A DNA stretch of 64,000 nt from a virus. The position numbers and the translations under genes were made by a program. The notes beneath the pieces were generated by a model. That model did no database searches, had not been told where the DNA came from, and saw only the letters and a program-made list of their open reading frames with translations. Every line of letters begins with the position of its first letter. Within the stretch, counting starts at the first letter, position 1. The DNA lies in IMG/VR virus record IMGVR_UViG_3300017917_001271, positions 1-64,000 of that record; one strand, given 5' to 3'. Positions 50,370 to 59,147 of the stretch are shown here, one piece after another.

Positions 50370-50612
50370 TTATGCTCCTTGTTTTTCTGATTGTTTGGCA
50401 ACTTGTTCTAAGAACGTTGTTAGTTTTGTATAAGTTTGCCCAACAACAGTCATTTCTGCTGGTTTAAATGCACCTCTTGAACTTGCAATATCAATGATTA
50501 CTTTCATAGCATTTAAATCATTGAGAGTTAGTTCAGCAGATTCTTGTTTAGGTGCTTGTGCCTGAGCACTTCCTTGTTCAGGCACAGATTGATCTTGTAC
50601 GTTTTCAGTCAT
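50370..50612 (-). CDS. Hypothetical protein
   Basis: 80 aa, AAGGAG SD, GATAATTA box upstream. Confidence 0.75.
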   Translation of the reverse strand: MTENVQDQSVPEQGSAQAQAPKQESAELTLNDLNAMKVIIDIASSRGAFKPAEMTVVGQTYTKLTTFLEQVAKQSEKQGA

Positions 50613-50640
50613 GGTATCTCCTTATAAAGTACAAATATAA

Positions 50641-50928
50641 TTATCTTAATTGGAGATACGGACAGGCAATCGTGAAGAAGCTTAATTCTTTTTCTGACTC
50701 AAATCCAATCTGAGTAGTGTAGACTATACTGTTTGTATGATCTAGGGCTAGAGTTTGCCCTATGTAATATCTGCTGTTTAGATTTTGCTTAATCCAACTG
50801 TCTAAATTTTTTAATAGCCCAGGGGTATACTTTTCAATGGTTGTGTATTTAAAATGAGGAGCGGCAAACCCAACACGACGAATGTTGTAGTAATTTAACG
50901 GATTAGGTTTGCCACTTCTTAACGCCAT
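50641..50928 (-). CDS. Hypothetical protein
   Basis: 95 aa, TAATG-coupled to the vWA gene. Confidence 0.7.
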   Translation of the reverse strand: MALRSGKPNPLNYYNIRRVGFAAPHFKYTTIEKYTPGLLKNLDSWIKQNLNSRYYIGQTLALDHTNSIVYTTQIGFESEKELSFFTIACPYLQLR

Positions 50929-52112
50929 TATGCGTACTCCCCTTTGAACTCATAGTATGCGTATTCGCCAAATGGAGGAACGATTTTATCGTTGCCGTGA
51001 ATAATAAACAAAGTATCACAGTAAAGCTCGTCGCCCCAAGAACCATACGGGTAACCATCAGTAAACATAATAAACTTTTTAGGGTTAATGTCGTTTTCTT
51101 TCATGTATTCCCAGTTGACATCAAAATCGGTACCACCGCCACCCATAGGTTCGTAGTTCATAAACTCGTCCATGTTGTAGCCGTCGTAATCTTGTTCGTT
51201 ATAAACGGACGTATCAAAGCACCAGAGTTTAATTTTAAAGTCCTTGTATTCTTCCATGATGCCTTTGATTTCACTTAAGAAGTCTTTGGCTTGTTCTTCT
51301 CCGATGGATCCAGACATATCGATTGCAACACAGATGTCAATTGTCTCGTCGTAGTTAGTTCCAGGAAGAATTGCATTCATATGCCATCCCTTGCGGTTAG
51401 GACGCATAAATGTATAGTCGTTTTTGATGGTGCTTTGAATTTGCTGACGCAACATTTCGCGCCAGTTCATCTTAGGCTCAGTAAGCTCTTTAATCATTCG
51501 GGCAATACTTGCCGGTACATTTCCTGCACCAGCAGATTGTGCCGCCTGCATTACAGCTTCACGCATTTCATCACGAATCTTTTTAAGATCTTCTTTACTG
51601 TATTTTGGCTGTCCGTCTTTTTGCTCGCCTTCTGGATCCAAGTGTTCATCCAAAAGTTGACCTAATGCAGCCAATTGCTCGTCATCGTACTTTTCGTGAA
51701 TCTCGTCGTAGATTTGTTCTGCACTCCAGCCGTAGTATTTTTGATCATGGAAAATTTTGATATCTGGAAGATTATGATCTCCAATTTTATCTCTAACGAT
51801 TTGTCCGTTGACAGCGTAGTCACAGGCAATGTTAAAGATCTTTGGATCACGACCTTCTCTACGACCCATGTGTTCAAAGACCGCGTGTAAGATTTCGTGT
51901 GCAATTACAAATTCTACTTGTTTTACTGTAAGGGGAGTAAAAAATTTACGATTAAAGAAAATATGACGCCCGTCTGTAGCCGCTGTTGGAAGCCAGTCAT
52001 CTGCTTCTTGGATTTTCATGCGAGTAGCAAGGTTACCAAAGAACGGATGACGTAGCAGTAGTCCAACTCGTGCTACGATAATTTTGTCAATAATTGGATC
52101 GGCATGTGCCAT
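50928..52112 (-). CDS. HExxH metallopeptidase-like + vWA domain protein (DUF2201-type)
   Basis: TAATDG, AHEILH, MIDAS DMSGS, GGGGTDF, FTDGY. Confidence 0.85.
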   Translation of the reverse strand: MAHADPIIDKIIVARVGLLLRHPFFGNLATRMKIQEADDWLPTAATDGRHIFFNRKFFTPLTVKQVEFVIAHEILHAVFEHMGRREGRDPKIFNIACDYAVNGQIVRDKIGDHNLPDIKIFHDQKYYGWSAEQIYDEIHEKYDDEQLAALGQLLDEHLDPEGEQKDGQPKYSKEDLKKIRDEMREAVMQAAQSAGAGNVPASIARMIKELTEPKMNWREMLRQQIQSTIKNDYTFMRPNRKGWHMNAILPGTNYDETIDICVAIDMSGSIGEEQAKDFLSEIKGIMEEYKDFKIKLWCFDTSVYNEQDYDGYNMDEFMNYEPMGGGGTDFDVNWEYMKENDINPKKFIMFTDGYPYGSWGDELYCDTLFIIHGNDKIVPPFGEYAYYEFKGEYA

Positions 52113-52141
52113 ATCTGCTCCTAAAATTACAGTATGTATAT

Positions 52142-52170
52142 ATTATAACAGGGCCCGTAGGCCCTGTCAA
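52142..52170 (-). promoter_or_regulatory. Consensus sigma70 promoter with a hairpin filling the spacer
   Basis: TTGACA (52170-52165), 17 bp, TATAAT (52147-52142); ACAGGGCC-TACG-GGCCCTGT inverted repeat. Confidence 0.8.
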
Positions 52171-52171
52171 C

Positions 52172-53263
52172 TTATTGCTTTTCAGTGGCTTGTGCAATAT
52201 ACTTACCAAACTTTGCATGGAAGTCGTCGAAACATTTAATTTCGTCTGGATCCAACGGCAGTTTGTAGGTACTAAGAGCAAGTTTAGTGCCCATGATAAC
52301 AAGTTCGGTTTCAAAATTATCCATCATAAACTGGAAGAAACAATTAACTTGATCGTTCCAATCTTTAGCTTTTTTATCGCAAGAATCTTTGAGCTCATAG
52401 CACAGGCTGACGACTAGCGAATATTGAGCGGAGATTTCTTTTGAATCCATCTTTTTAACCTTGCCCTGCAGGATGTCTGTAGGGTTAGGCATTTTGCTGG
52501 CATGTTTACGATGCGCCATAAACTTGATAGCAAGCCCTTCACCAATTGCACCAGCAGTCAAGTCAGTTAGTGTTTCGGTATCGGTATCGTCGTCAACCAA
52601 TAGCTCGCTAACAAAGGACCAAGAGCGAGGTGTTGCAAATGCGCGACTTGCACTCTTAGGATCAAAGTCGTAAAGATCTTTCTTAGAGAAAGTGAGGAAA
52701 CCAACAACGTCTTTGTGAACCTTGTTGTTGACGGCCCATTCTTGCCAATCATCCCAATCGCAGGTCATTTCCAAGTGAACGAAACGGTTAGCCAACGGAG
52801 CAGGCATACGGTAAGTAACACCTTTGTCGCTTTCACGGTTACCGGCGGCAACCATTACAACGTTATCTGGAAGTTTGTAAGTACCAACACGACGGTTAAG
52901 GACCAACTGATAAGCTGCGGCCTGTACAGCAGGTGCTGCACTGTTCATTTCGTCCATAAACAAGACTACTTGTTTGTGCTGGCTTGCTAGAGCTTCGTCG
53001 GGCAATTCGAGCGGAGGAGCCCACACCATTTTGTTAGTGTTGCTGTCAAAATACGGGATACCTTTAATGTCAGTAGGTTCCCAAAGACTTAGACGAACGT
53101 CGATTACGTGGGCATCGAGTTCTTCGCCAAGTTGTTTAATAATATCTGATTTACCAATACCCGGAGGACCCCACAGGAAGATTGGACGCTTATTTTTAAA
53201 AGCCTTACGAAGAGACTTTTTGGCACCTTTAGGACCAACAGTACGACTAACGATTTCTGCCAT
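52172..53263 (-). CDS. MoxR-like AAA+ ATPase
   Basis: Walker A GPPGIGKS, Walker B LFMDE, AAGNR, PLANRF; paired with the vWA protein. Confidence 0.9.
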   Translation of the reverse strand: MAEIVSRTVGPKGAKKSLRKAFKNKRPIFLWGPPGIGKSDIIKQLGEELDAHVIDVRLSLWEPTDIKGIPYFDSNTNKMVWAPPLELPDEALASQHKQVVLFMDEMNSAAPAVQAAAYQLVLNRRVGTYKLPDNVVMVAAGNRESDKGVTYRMPAPLANRFVHLEMTCDWDDWQEWAVNNKVHKDVVGFLTFSKKDLYDFDPKSASRAFATPRSWSFVSELLVDDDTDTETLTDLTAGAIGEGLAIKFMAHRKHASKMPNPTDILQGKVKKMDSKEISAQYSLVVSLCYELKDSCDKKAKDWNDQVNCFFQFMMDNFETELVIMGTKLALSTYKLPLDPDEIKCFDDFHAKFGKYIAQATEKQ

Positions 53264-53312
53264 TTTAATACCTTTCTAAAGTGGGCGGATGAAATTTTTA
53301 CGCTATGTCTGT

Positions 53313-53341
53313 ATTATAGTTGGATCAGTGGGTCTTGTCAA
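53313..53341 (-). promoter_or_regulatory. Consensus sigma70 promoter
   Basis: TTGACA (53341-53336), 17 bp, TATAAT (53318-53313). Confidence 0.8.
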
Positions 53342-53745
53342 CTGTTTTGTTCTGCGTCCAAATCTTTCTGACGCTCATTCATTGCTTTTATTAGTCCAAA
53401 TTTTCGAATATCGTCTGAAAACAAGTAAAGTTCAAAACTTTTCTTTTCCGAAAAAACAGTAATACTTTGGTTAGTTAAAAAATATGGACAATCGATATAT
53501 TTTTCCAAAAATATAATTGTCTGTGGACTTAATTCGATTGGGTCAGTAAACGGTATTTCGTAGCTTTGCAGATTCAATTCATTTACCAAAAAATCAAATC
53601 CTTCTTCACTTAATCTGAATGCAGTTTGTTTGTTTACACGGTTTGATTGCCACCATTTATGAGAAAATAGTTTTACGTTGGCATCGTCAGTGCTTTTGCC
53701 CCACTGTTGTAAAAAAATTTTAGTGAGAACATCTCGGCCTATCAT
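53338..53745 (-). CDS. Hypothetical protein
   Basis: 135 aa, ATGA-coupled. Confidence 0.7.
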   Translation of the reverse strand: MIGRDVLTKIFLQQWGKSTDDANVKLFSHKWWQSNRVNKQTAFRLSEEGFDFLVNELNLQSYEIPFTDPIELSPQTIIFLEKYIDCPYFLTNQSITVFSEKKSFELYLFSDDIRKFGLIKAMNERQKDLDAEQNS

Positions 53746-54026
53746 TTTATAATTGTGCCACTAGTGAGTTTGACTACTTGAAAATCTTCAGTTCCAAAAG
53801 TCAAATTTAATTTCTTTGCAAGGTTGTGTGCGTGACCAGGATTGCTAAAGCTAACTTTTTTGTATTTAGGTCCGGGGTAACTGGTCAAACTATTGAAACT
53901 CTTTAAGTTAAATGGCTCGCTTTTATAGAAGACAGCCCATATTGCGTCTGCTTCTAAAATCTGTTCTGTTTTGTAAGTTTTTTTATTAGTGTGTTCTAAT
54001 AAAACTTTTGGCTTCGGTCTACTCAT
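53742..54026 (-). CDS. Hypothetical basic protein
   Basis: Likely start MSRPKPK at 54026; GATAAATA box at 54066-54059. Confidence 0.7.
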   Translation of the reverse strand: MSRPKPKVLLEHTNKKTYKTEQILEADAIWAVFYKSEPFNLKSFNSLTSYPGPKYKKVSFSNPGHAHNLAKKLNLTFGTEDFQVVKLTSGTIIK

Positions 54027-54068
54027 AATGCGCAATTCCAGTTAATTAACTACGCATATATTTATCTT

Positions 54069-54317
54069 TTATTTCTGATCTTCGAAGCCACCACCGTCCA
54101 TTGATACACTAACTACATCTGTTTCAAAACTGCGTTTTAACTCACTTAATAAGGTATAATGATCTTGATTAAGTTTATCTAAGCACTCAGTTAGTGCTAA
54201 AACAAGCATCCTTGCTTGTTGGATGCTTATTTTAACTTCTTTACTTTGTGTTTGTTCTGCCGAGCGAACCTGTTGAACAAACTGTGTTATTGGTGTTAAA
54301 TTAATTTGATTTTGCAT
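54069..54317 (-). CDS. Hypothetical protein
   Basis: 82 aa ending MDGGGFEDQK. Confidence 0.65.
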   Translation of the reverse strand: MQNQINLTPITQFVQQVRSAEQTQSKEVKISIQQARMLVLALTECLDKLNQDHYTLLSELKRSFETDVVSVSMDGGGFEDQK

Positions 54318-54849
54318 TTGCCAATACCTGTTTCATTTCAATTTCTGTTTTGAAGGGTCCTTTATAAGGATAGCGTTCAATAGTGATAAGTTTAGGACAA
54401 TGACTCTTAACCCAGCCTTTGTCAAATTTAATAATATAATAGCCTGCGCAGTATAAACTCTTGCTGGCATTTGATTTTGTGAATAGTGGAAGTCTACGTT
54501 GAACATCATACATCGGATTGTATGGTTTGCAACTAGTGGGGTATCCGTGACAATCGTTTTGTTCTACGGCAGTTACTTTAACTTTTTCATTTTTAATGAA
54601 AAAATCTTTACCAAACTGTTTTGTTAGATCGTCTTTTTTGTTAAACATAACTTCGCCGTTAACACTACTAAGAATAAATTTATTATTTTCTTTTTTGTGT
54701 AGCACAGCAATTTTAGAACCATTTTCTTCTACGATCCAAAATTTTCCATCTACGATTGGCTTTGCGTGTATCTCTGTCATTGTTATCTCCTTGCATCCCT
54801 GTTTTTTGTTTGGGCATGTTGTGGCGTACATACATTCTGTATCATACAT
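54301..54849 (-). CDS. Hypothetical protein with two possible in-frame starts (54849, 54780)
   Basis: GAGGAG SD before 54849 and AAGGAG SD before 54780. Confidence 0.75.
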   Translation of the reverse strand: MYDTECMYATTCPNKKQGCKEITMTEIHAKPIVDGKFWIVEENGSKIAVLHKKENNKFILSSVNGEVMFNKKDDLTKQFGKDFFIKNEKVKVTAVEQNDCHGYPTSCKPYNPMYDVQRRLPLFTKSNASKSLYCAGYYIIKFDKGWVKSHCPKLITIERYPYKGPFKTEIEMKQVLANAKSN

Positions 54850-54902
54850 AATTTTCTCCTCTTACTAGGCCCCGGAGGCACCTTAGTAATGTACGCATAT
54901 AT

Positions 54903-55052
54903 TTATCTCTTAAAAATACCCTTAATCCATTGGATTAAATTATAATATCTCCAATGATAATCTGTTAGCATCGGAGATATATGTGGACATCGCCCTTGTC
55001 TCCAATCGCAGTTTGCACGAATGTCTTCACCGCAAGTTGTGCATTTATTCAT
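54903..55052 (-). CDS. 49-aa Cys-rich microprotein (possible Zn binding)
   Basis: Below the ORF-track cutoff; MNKCTTCGEDIRANCDWRQGRCPH...; ATGA overlap with the upstream stop. Confidence 0.6.
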   Translation of the reverse strand: MNKCTTCGEDIRANCDWRQGRCPHISPMLTDYHWRYYNLIQWIKGIFKR

Positions 55053-55543
55053 TTGTCGTCCTCGTCTGAGTATGGTGCTACATTTTCTTCAATAATGGCA
55101 GTATCACCGTAACCGTTGGCATCTACTAGGTCAACTTTTACAGGACCAATAATTGCTACATGATCATCTTCAATTTCCCAATTATGATCACCGTCGTAAA
55201 TCCAAGCAGTCCCCCAACGTCCGTCTTCGTCTTCTTTTTCTCCGCGAAGTATTGCTTCAATATCTGCTTTTTCTTCTTCTGTAAATCCGTCGCTGAAGTT
55301 TACATATACTGAGATAAGGTCGTCTAGTTCACAGCCCCAGCCTACTTGAGGATTGCAGTGAACGCGGTCTGTTTCAAACTTCCAAACAGGTTCATCTTCT
55401 TCTCTAAATGCCTGCCCCCACCGCCATAGTTCAGTTACATCAAATCCGCGAATAGTGCCATCAGGTAAGCGTTCAAAAACATCTACAAAATATTCTACTG
55501 ATTTCTTTTCTAAAGGAGTAATGCGGTAGAGCTTTTCCATCAT
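55049..55543 (-). CDS. Acidic hypothetical protein
   Basis: 164 aa; apparent paralog of its upstream neighbour. Confidence 0.75.
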   Translation of the reverse strand: MMEKLYRITPLEKKSVEYFVDVFERLPDGTIRGFDVTELWRWGQAFREEDEPVWKFETDRVHCNPQVGWGCELDDLISVYVNFSDGFTEEEKADIEAILRGEKEDEDGRWGTAWIYDGDHNWEIEDDHVAIIGPVKVDLVDANGYGDTAIIEENVAPYSDEDDK

Positions 55544-56037
55544 TCGTCCTTGTAGTCAACAACATTACCATTTTCATCTGCACAGATGATACGCACTTTT
55601 TCACCTGCTTCGTTTTCAATAAGAATTGGTCCCCAGATCCATGCTTGGGTTTCGCTCTGGCTCCAACCTTCTTGATTTTCAAGTACATCGTAGATATCGC
55701 CTTCTTCATCAATAAGCTCTTGAAGGCGCTCTTTTTCTTCTTCATCCATGTCTTCTGGAAATTCAATTTCTTCCCAGCAGCCATCCCACATACTCTCTAA
55801 TTCAACACTTTCAATATTATTAAATGAGCAGTTGTACATGTCGATGCTATCTTTAGAACCGTCACCGCCTGGTACATAATCAAAATCAAATTCTGGCGGA
55901 TTGTCGTCACTAGTTTCGACGATAAAACTAGCACCTCTGAATCCAGTTTGTCGAACAATAGTCATACCGTCTTTGGTATAATGCTCGTGTTCTTCGCATG
56001 ACTTTTTGTAGTAAGGCGATACTTTCCATGTTGCCAT
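55540..56037 (-). CDS. Acidic hypothetical protein
   Basis: Likely start MATWKVSP at 56037 after an AAGGAG SD. Confidence 0.75.
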   Translation of the reverse strand: MATWKVSPYYKKSCEEHEHYTKDGMTIVRQTGFRGASFIVETSDDNPPEFDFDYVPGGDGSKDSIDMYNCSFNNIESVELESMWDGCWEEIEFPEDMDEEEKERLQELIDEEGDIYDVLENQEGWSQSETQAWIWGPILIENEAGEKVRIICADENGNVVDYKDE

Positions 56038-56038
56038 A

Positions 56039-57025
56039 TTATTCTCCTTGATATTTTGCTTGGAACGGTTCTGCGTATTGTTGTACATTATCCGCAACTT
56101 TTTTCATATCCCAAGCATTGCAGAATTTAAGTAGTCGAATTCCAACTTGAGATACATCTTTAGTAACGCAATCTACTTCGATGGTTTTCTTAATAAGTTC
56201 TTTGATGTCGTCGGGCTGATGATTTAGATCAATTAGTCTACGATTGCGTTCGTAATCTTCTAGTACACGATGTTCTTTTCCTTCGTGATCAACCCATCTC
56301 TGCAGCATGAGATTGTTCCACGCAAATCCTTTGCTTTTACGATCTTCGAACGCTTCAGTAAGACCCACTTTGTTTTTTGTACCTTTAACACGCACACCTG
56401 GATACGCCGAGAAGACATTATCACTGGTATCACCACGCATACATTTTTCAAATAAGAGCCATTCTGGGTTTGGAACTTCTTTAGCTTCTTTGGTCTTTTT
56501 GTCAATAACACGTTTGCCTTTGGCATCGAAGATTCCTTCATGTGTAATATGATGTTCTTGGACACCATTATATTGACTGACGTTTGGCGCAATCAACTGA
56601 TAAAAATCGCTGTCAGTACTAATGATCACATGTTTATCTTTAGGATGATTTTGAATGAATCCTGCAATAAGGTCGTCTGCTTCTAGCTGAGGATGATGTA
56701 GGACTGTACAGTTAGTCTTCTCGATAATAAACTGTTTAAATTCGTCAAACGCTTCCCAGAACAACTTGTCCTCGTCTTGCTCGCGTTGCGTCATAGCCGC
56801 ACGACTTTCTTGTCGATTACGTTTGTAAGGCTCGTAAAAGTCCTTACGCCACGATCTACCTTCGAGGCAGAACACTACATGATTACCGCCAAAGTCGTTC
56901 CATGCTTTTTTAATACTGTTAAAAGTAATATGAAAAGCCATGCCAAGTTTAATATCGCTAGAACCTTGTACAACGTGTCTAGCACGGAAGAATGTGTTGG
57001 CTGTATCAACCAAAATGTATGTCAT
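56039..57025 (-). CDS. rnh: T4 RNase H-like 5'-3' flap nuclease
   Basis: ILVDTAN, SWRK...YKRNR, LEADDLIA, STDSDFYQL, GDTSDNV; likely start at 57025. Confidence 0.88.
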   Translation of the reverse strand: MTYILVDTANTFFRARHVVQGSSDIKLGMAFHITFNSIKKAWNDFGGNHVVFCLEGRSWRKDFYEPYKRNRQESRAAMTQREQDEDKLFWEAFDEFKQFIIEKTNCTVLHHPQLEADDLIAGFIQNHPKDKHVIISTDSDFYQLIAPNVSQYNGVQEHHITHEGIFDAKGKRVIDKKTKEAKEVPNPEWLLFEKCMRGDTSDNVFSAYPGVRVKGTKNKVGLTEAFEDRKSKGFAWNNLMLQRWVDHEGKEHRVLEDYERNRRLIDLNHQPDDIKELIKKTIEVDCVTKDVSQVGIRLLKFCNAWDMKKVADNVQQYAEPFQAKYQGE

Positions 57026-57600
57026 TTGTAATATTCCATGTCTGCAGCAAAAACAAATCGATATTCGCTTGAATCGCAAATACCAGGCCTATGCCACAGT
57101 TTACTAGGATATATGTTCCATGTCAAATGGTTTGGTTTTAAGAAGTAAGTATCTTCAAAATTTGGAGCTGAATTTACTGAAAATTCGGTTCCTGCTAAGT
57201 CAAAATTTTCAATTTTAGGAATATGCACATACCATACACCACTTAGTGTATCTGTAGTTCCGTCGTTGTCGCTGATGTGATGATTATGCCAAAAATCGTT
57301 TCTATTTTCGGTTGTTTCGTTATTGGTCATGAACACCCAACTCATTATATTTTTAATCCGAACTTCTCGGTCTAAAAACATAAAACAACTATAAACAAAA
57401 CTTTGCCTCATCTTTAAAAACACACGTTCTTGTCTTGCAAAAAGATTTTGTTTAGTTTGAAACTTTGGGCTATTGGTAAAATAATTACCTGATGCAATAA
57501 TACCTTCAGTGATTTTTTTAATTTGATCGTTGTCGTCTTGTTTGATCAAAGAAGACCAATCATATAATTCAATGTATTCGTTGCGTTCAACTATTTTCAT
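57022..57600 (-). CDS. Putative 2OG-Fe(II) oxygenase
   Basis: WHNH, LSGVWYV, GTEF, YPSKLWHRP, distal R. Confidence 0.65.
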   Translation of the reverse strand: MKIVERNEYIELYDWSSLIKQDDNDQIKKITEGIIASGNYFTNSPKFQTKQNLFARQERVFLKMRQSFVYSCFMFLDREVRIKNIMSWVFMTNNETTENRNDFWHNHHISDNDGTTDTLSGVWYVHIPKIENFDLAGTEFSVNSAPNFEDTYFLKPNHLTWNIYPSKLWHRPGICDSSEYRFVFAADMEYYK

Positions 57601-58028
57601 TCTATTGCTGCTTTTCCGTCTGCAAGTTTAGTCACATTGATGAATCCTGCATTGTGTCTGCTTGGATCTTGGCCTGCTTCTGCTAACATATTTGCGGCCA
57701 AATCTCTAAACCAACGATCGACGATTTCTTCTTCAGGATCGCCTTCGAATCCATAACCAGATTTTTTAAGTTCTGTTATGAAATGTTCGTTCCAGTCTAG
57801 CTCAAAAAAACCGTTTCGTACATTGTCCTTGTTGACTTTAGTGTCTAGTACAGCGACCCACGGTTCTCCTTTAGCAGTAGCTCTTTCTTTCGAAGTCATT
57901 TTAGCAAGAGCTTCTGCTTCTTTTGCTTTACGTGCTTCTTCTTCCGCAGCAATTTTTTCAGCTTCTAGACGAGCCTTTTCTTCTTCTATTTTTTTGATTC
58001 CGGTAATACGTTTAAAAAAGTCTTTCAT
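57597..58028 (-). CDS. Hypothetical protein
   Basis: Likely start MKDFF at 58028 (TAATG overlap); GFFELDWN motif. Confidence 0.7.
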   Translation of the reverse strand: MKDFFKRITGIKKIEEEKARLEAEKIAAEEEARKAKEAEALAKMTSKERATAKGEPWVAVLDTKVNKDNVRNGFFELDWNEHFITELKKSGYGFEGDPEEEIVDRWFRDLAANMLAEAGQDPSRHNAGFINVTKLADGKAAIE

Positions 58029-58888
58029 TATGTACCCCACTCGTTTTTAAACAATGGAACCTGTAGCCTGTCACTGTAACGAAGACCGTTCTTCATTGCT
58101 AGTTCTGCTACACGACGATTGTTTAATGTGTAAACACTTTCAACACCACCAACAGGCATCAAGTAGCAAGGGCCTGTAAAGCCTTCTGCACGATAAATGT
58201 CTAGTGTTTCAAGTGCTTCTTCTGCATCTTCCTCAGTGGCTACTACAAATTTAAGATATGTGTAACCAACTTCTTCGTAACTGCAAATAATATCTGGTCT
58301 AATTGCTTCGCTACGTTCTTCTCCGCTACAGCTAAGTTTTGCACTAACACTAAATGTTACTTCGTGATCTTTTACACCGCCAAGTGGAGGTTGTTGCCAT
58401 GCAATTAAAAAGTCTCTGAAACCTTTTTGTAGTTCTTGAGTACCGTTTGTTTCAAACGTAATTTCTTTAAGTCCTCCCATACGAGGATCGCTAATTAAGT
58501 CTTCGTATGCTCGTTGCCATCCTAGCAATGGTTCGCCACCTGTAATAACAAGGTGTTCACTTTCCCACTTATTATAAGGCAGGATTTCCATTATGCGTTC
58601 AATAATAGCATCGCTAGTAAGCATAGGACTAAGATCCTTAAACCTTGGATCCCAACTTGCATAGCTATCACATCCAGTACTAACCAACGGTAGTTCTTCA
58701 TATTTCTTAAACTCTGTAATTCTTGCAGCGATTGCTTCTACTTCTTTACTCGCTTGTCCTTTAGGCATACCAAAACCGGCACATTTAAAATTACAACCAA
58801 ATGTTCGTAAGAAAACGGAAGGCACACCCATGTAACGTCCTTCGCCTTGAATGCTATAAAACAATTCTGCTATTTTAATTTTACTCAT
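58028..58888 (-). CDS. queE: 7-carboxy-7-deazaguanine synthase (radical SAM)
   Basis: ELFYSIQGEG...GVPSVFLRTFGCN, VITGGEPLL, FETNGT, SVSAK, YLMP, RLQV. Confidence 0.88.
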   Translation of the reverse strand: MSKIKIAELFYSIQGEGRYMGVPSVFLRTFGCNFKCAGFGMPKGQASKEVEAIAARITEFKKYEELPLVSTGCDSYASWDPRFKDLSPMLTSDAIIERIMEILPYNKWESEHLVITGGEPLLGWQRAYEDLISDPRMGGLKEITFETNGTQELQKGFRDFLIAWQQPPLGGVKDHEVTFSVSAKLSCSGEERSEAIRPDIICSYEEVGYTYLKFVVATEEDAEEALETLDIYRAEGFTGPCYLMPVGGVESVYTLNNRRVAELAMKNGLRYSDRLQVPLFKNEWGT

Positions 58889-59147
58889 ATATCTTTGACC
58901 ACACTTTTAATTTTGTTGCTTTGCGCTCACTTGCTGCTTTGAGTTCGTCTTCATCTAAGACGCCTTGTTCTACAAGTAGTTGGATCATTAGCATAACATC
59001 TCCGGCTTCTTGAGTCAAGTGCTCTTTTTGAGTTCCGCCGTCTTTGTAACTGTTGTGCAAACCAAACCTACGAACTTTACTTATGGCAACGACTAGTTCG
59101 CCACATTCTTCTTGTAGAATGTCCATAATTTCTTGATGTTTAGACAC
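58881..59147 (-). CDS. MazG-like nucleotide pyrophosphohydrolase
   Basis: LQEECGEL...LTQEAGDV acidic motif; GTG start with GAGGAAGG SD. Confidence 0.7.
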   Translation of the reverse strand: MSKHQEIMDILQEECGELVVAISKVRRFGLHNSYKDGGTQKEHLTQEAGDVMLMIQLLVEQGVLDEDELKAASERKATKLKVWSKIYE

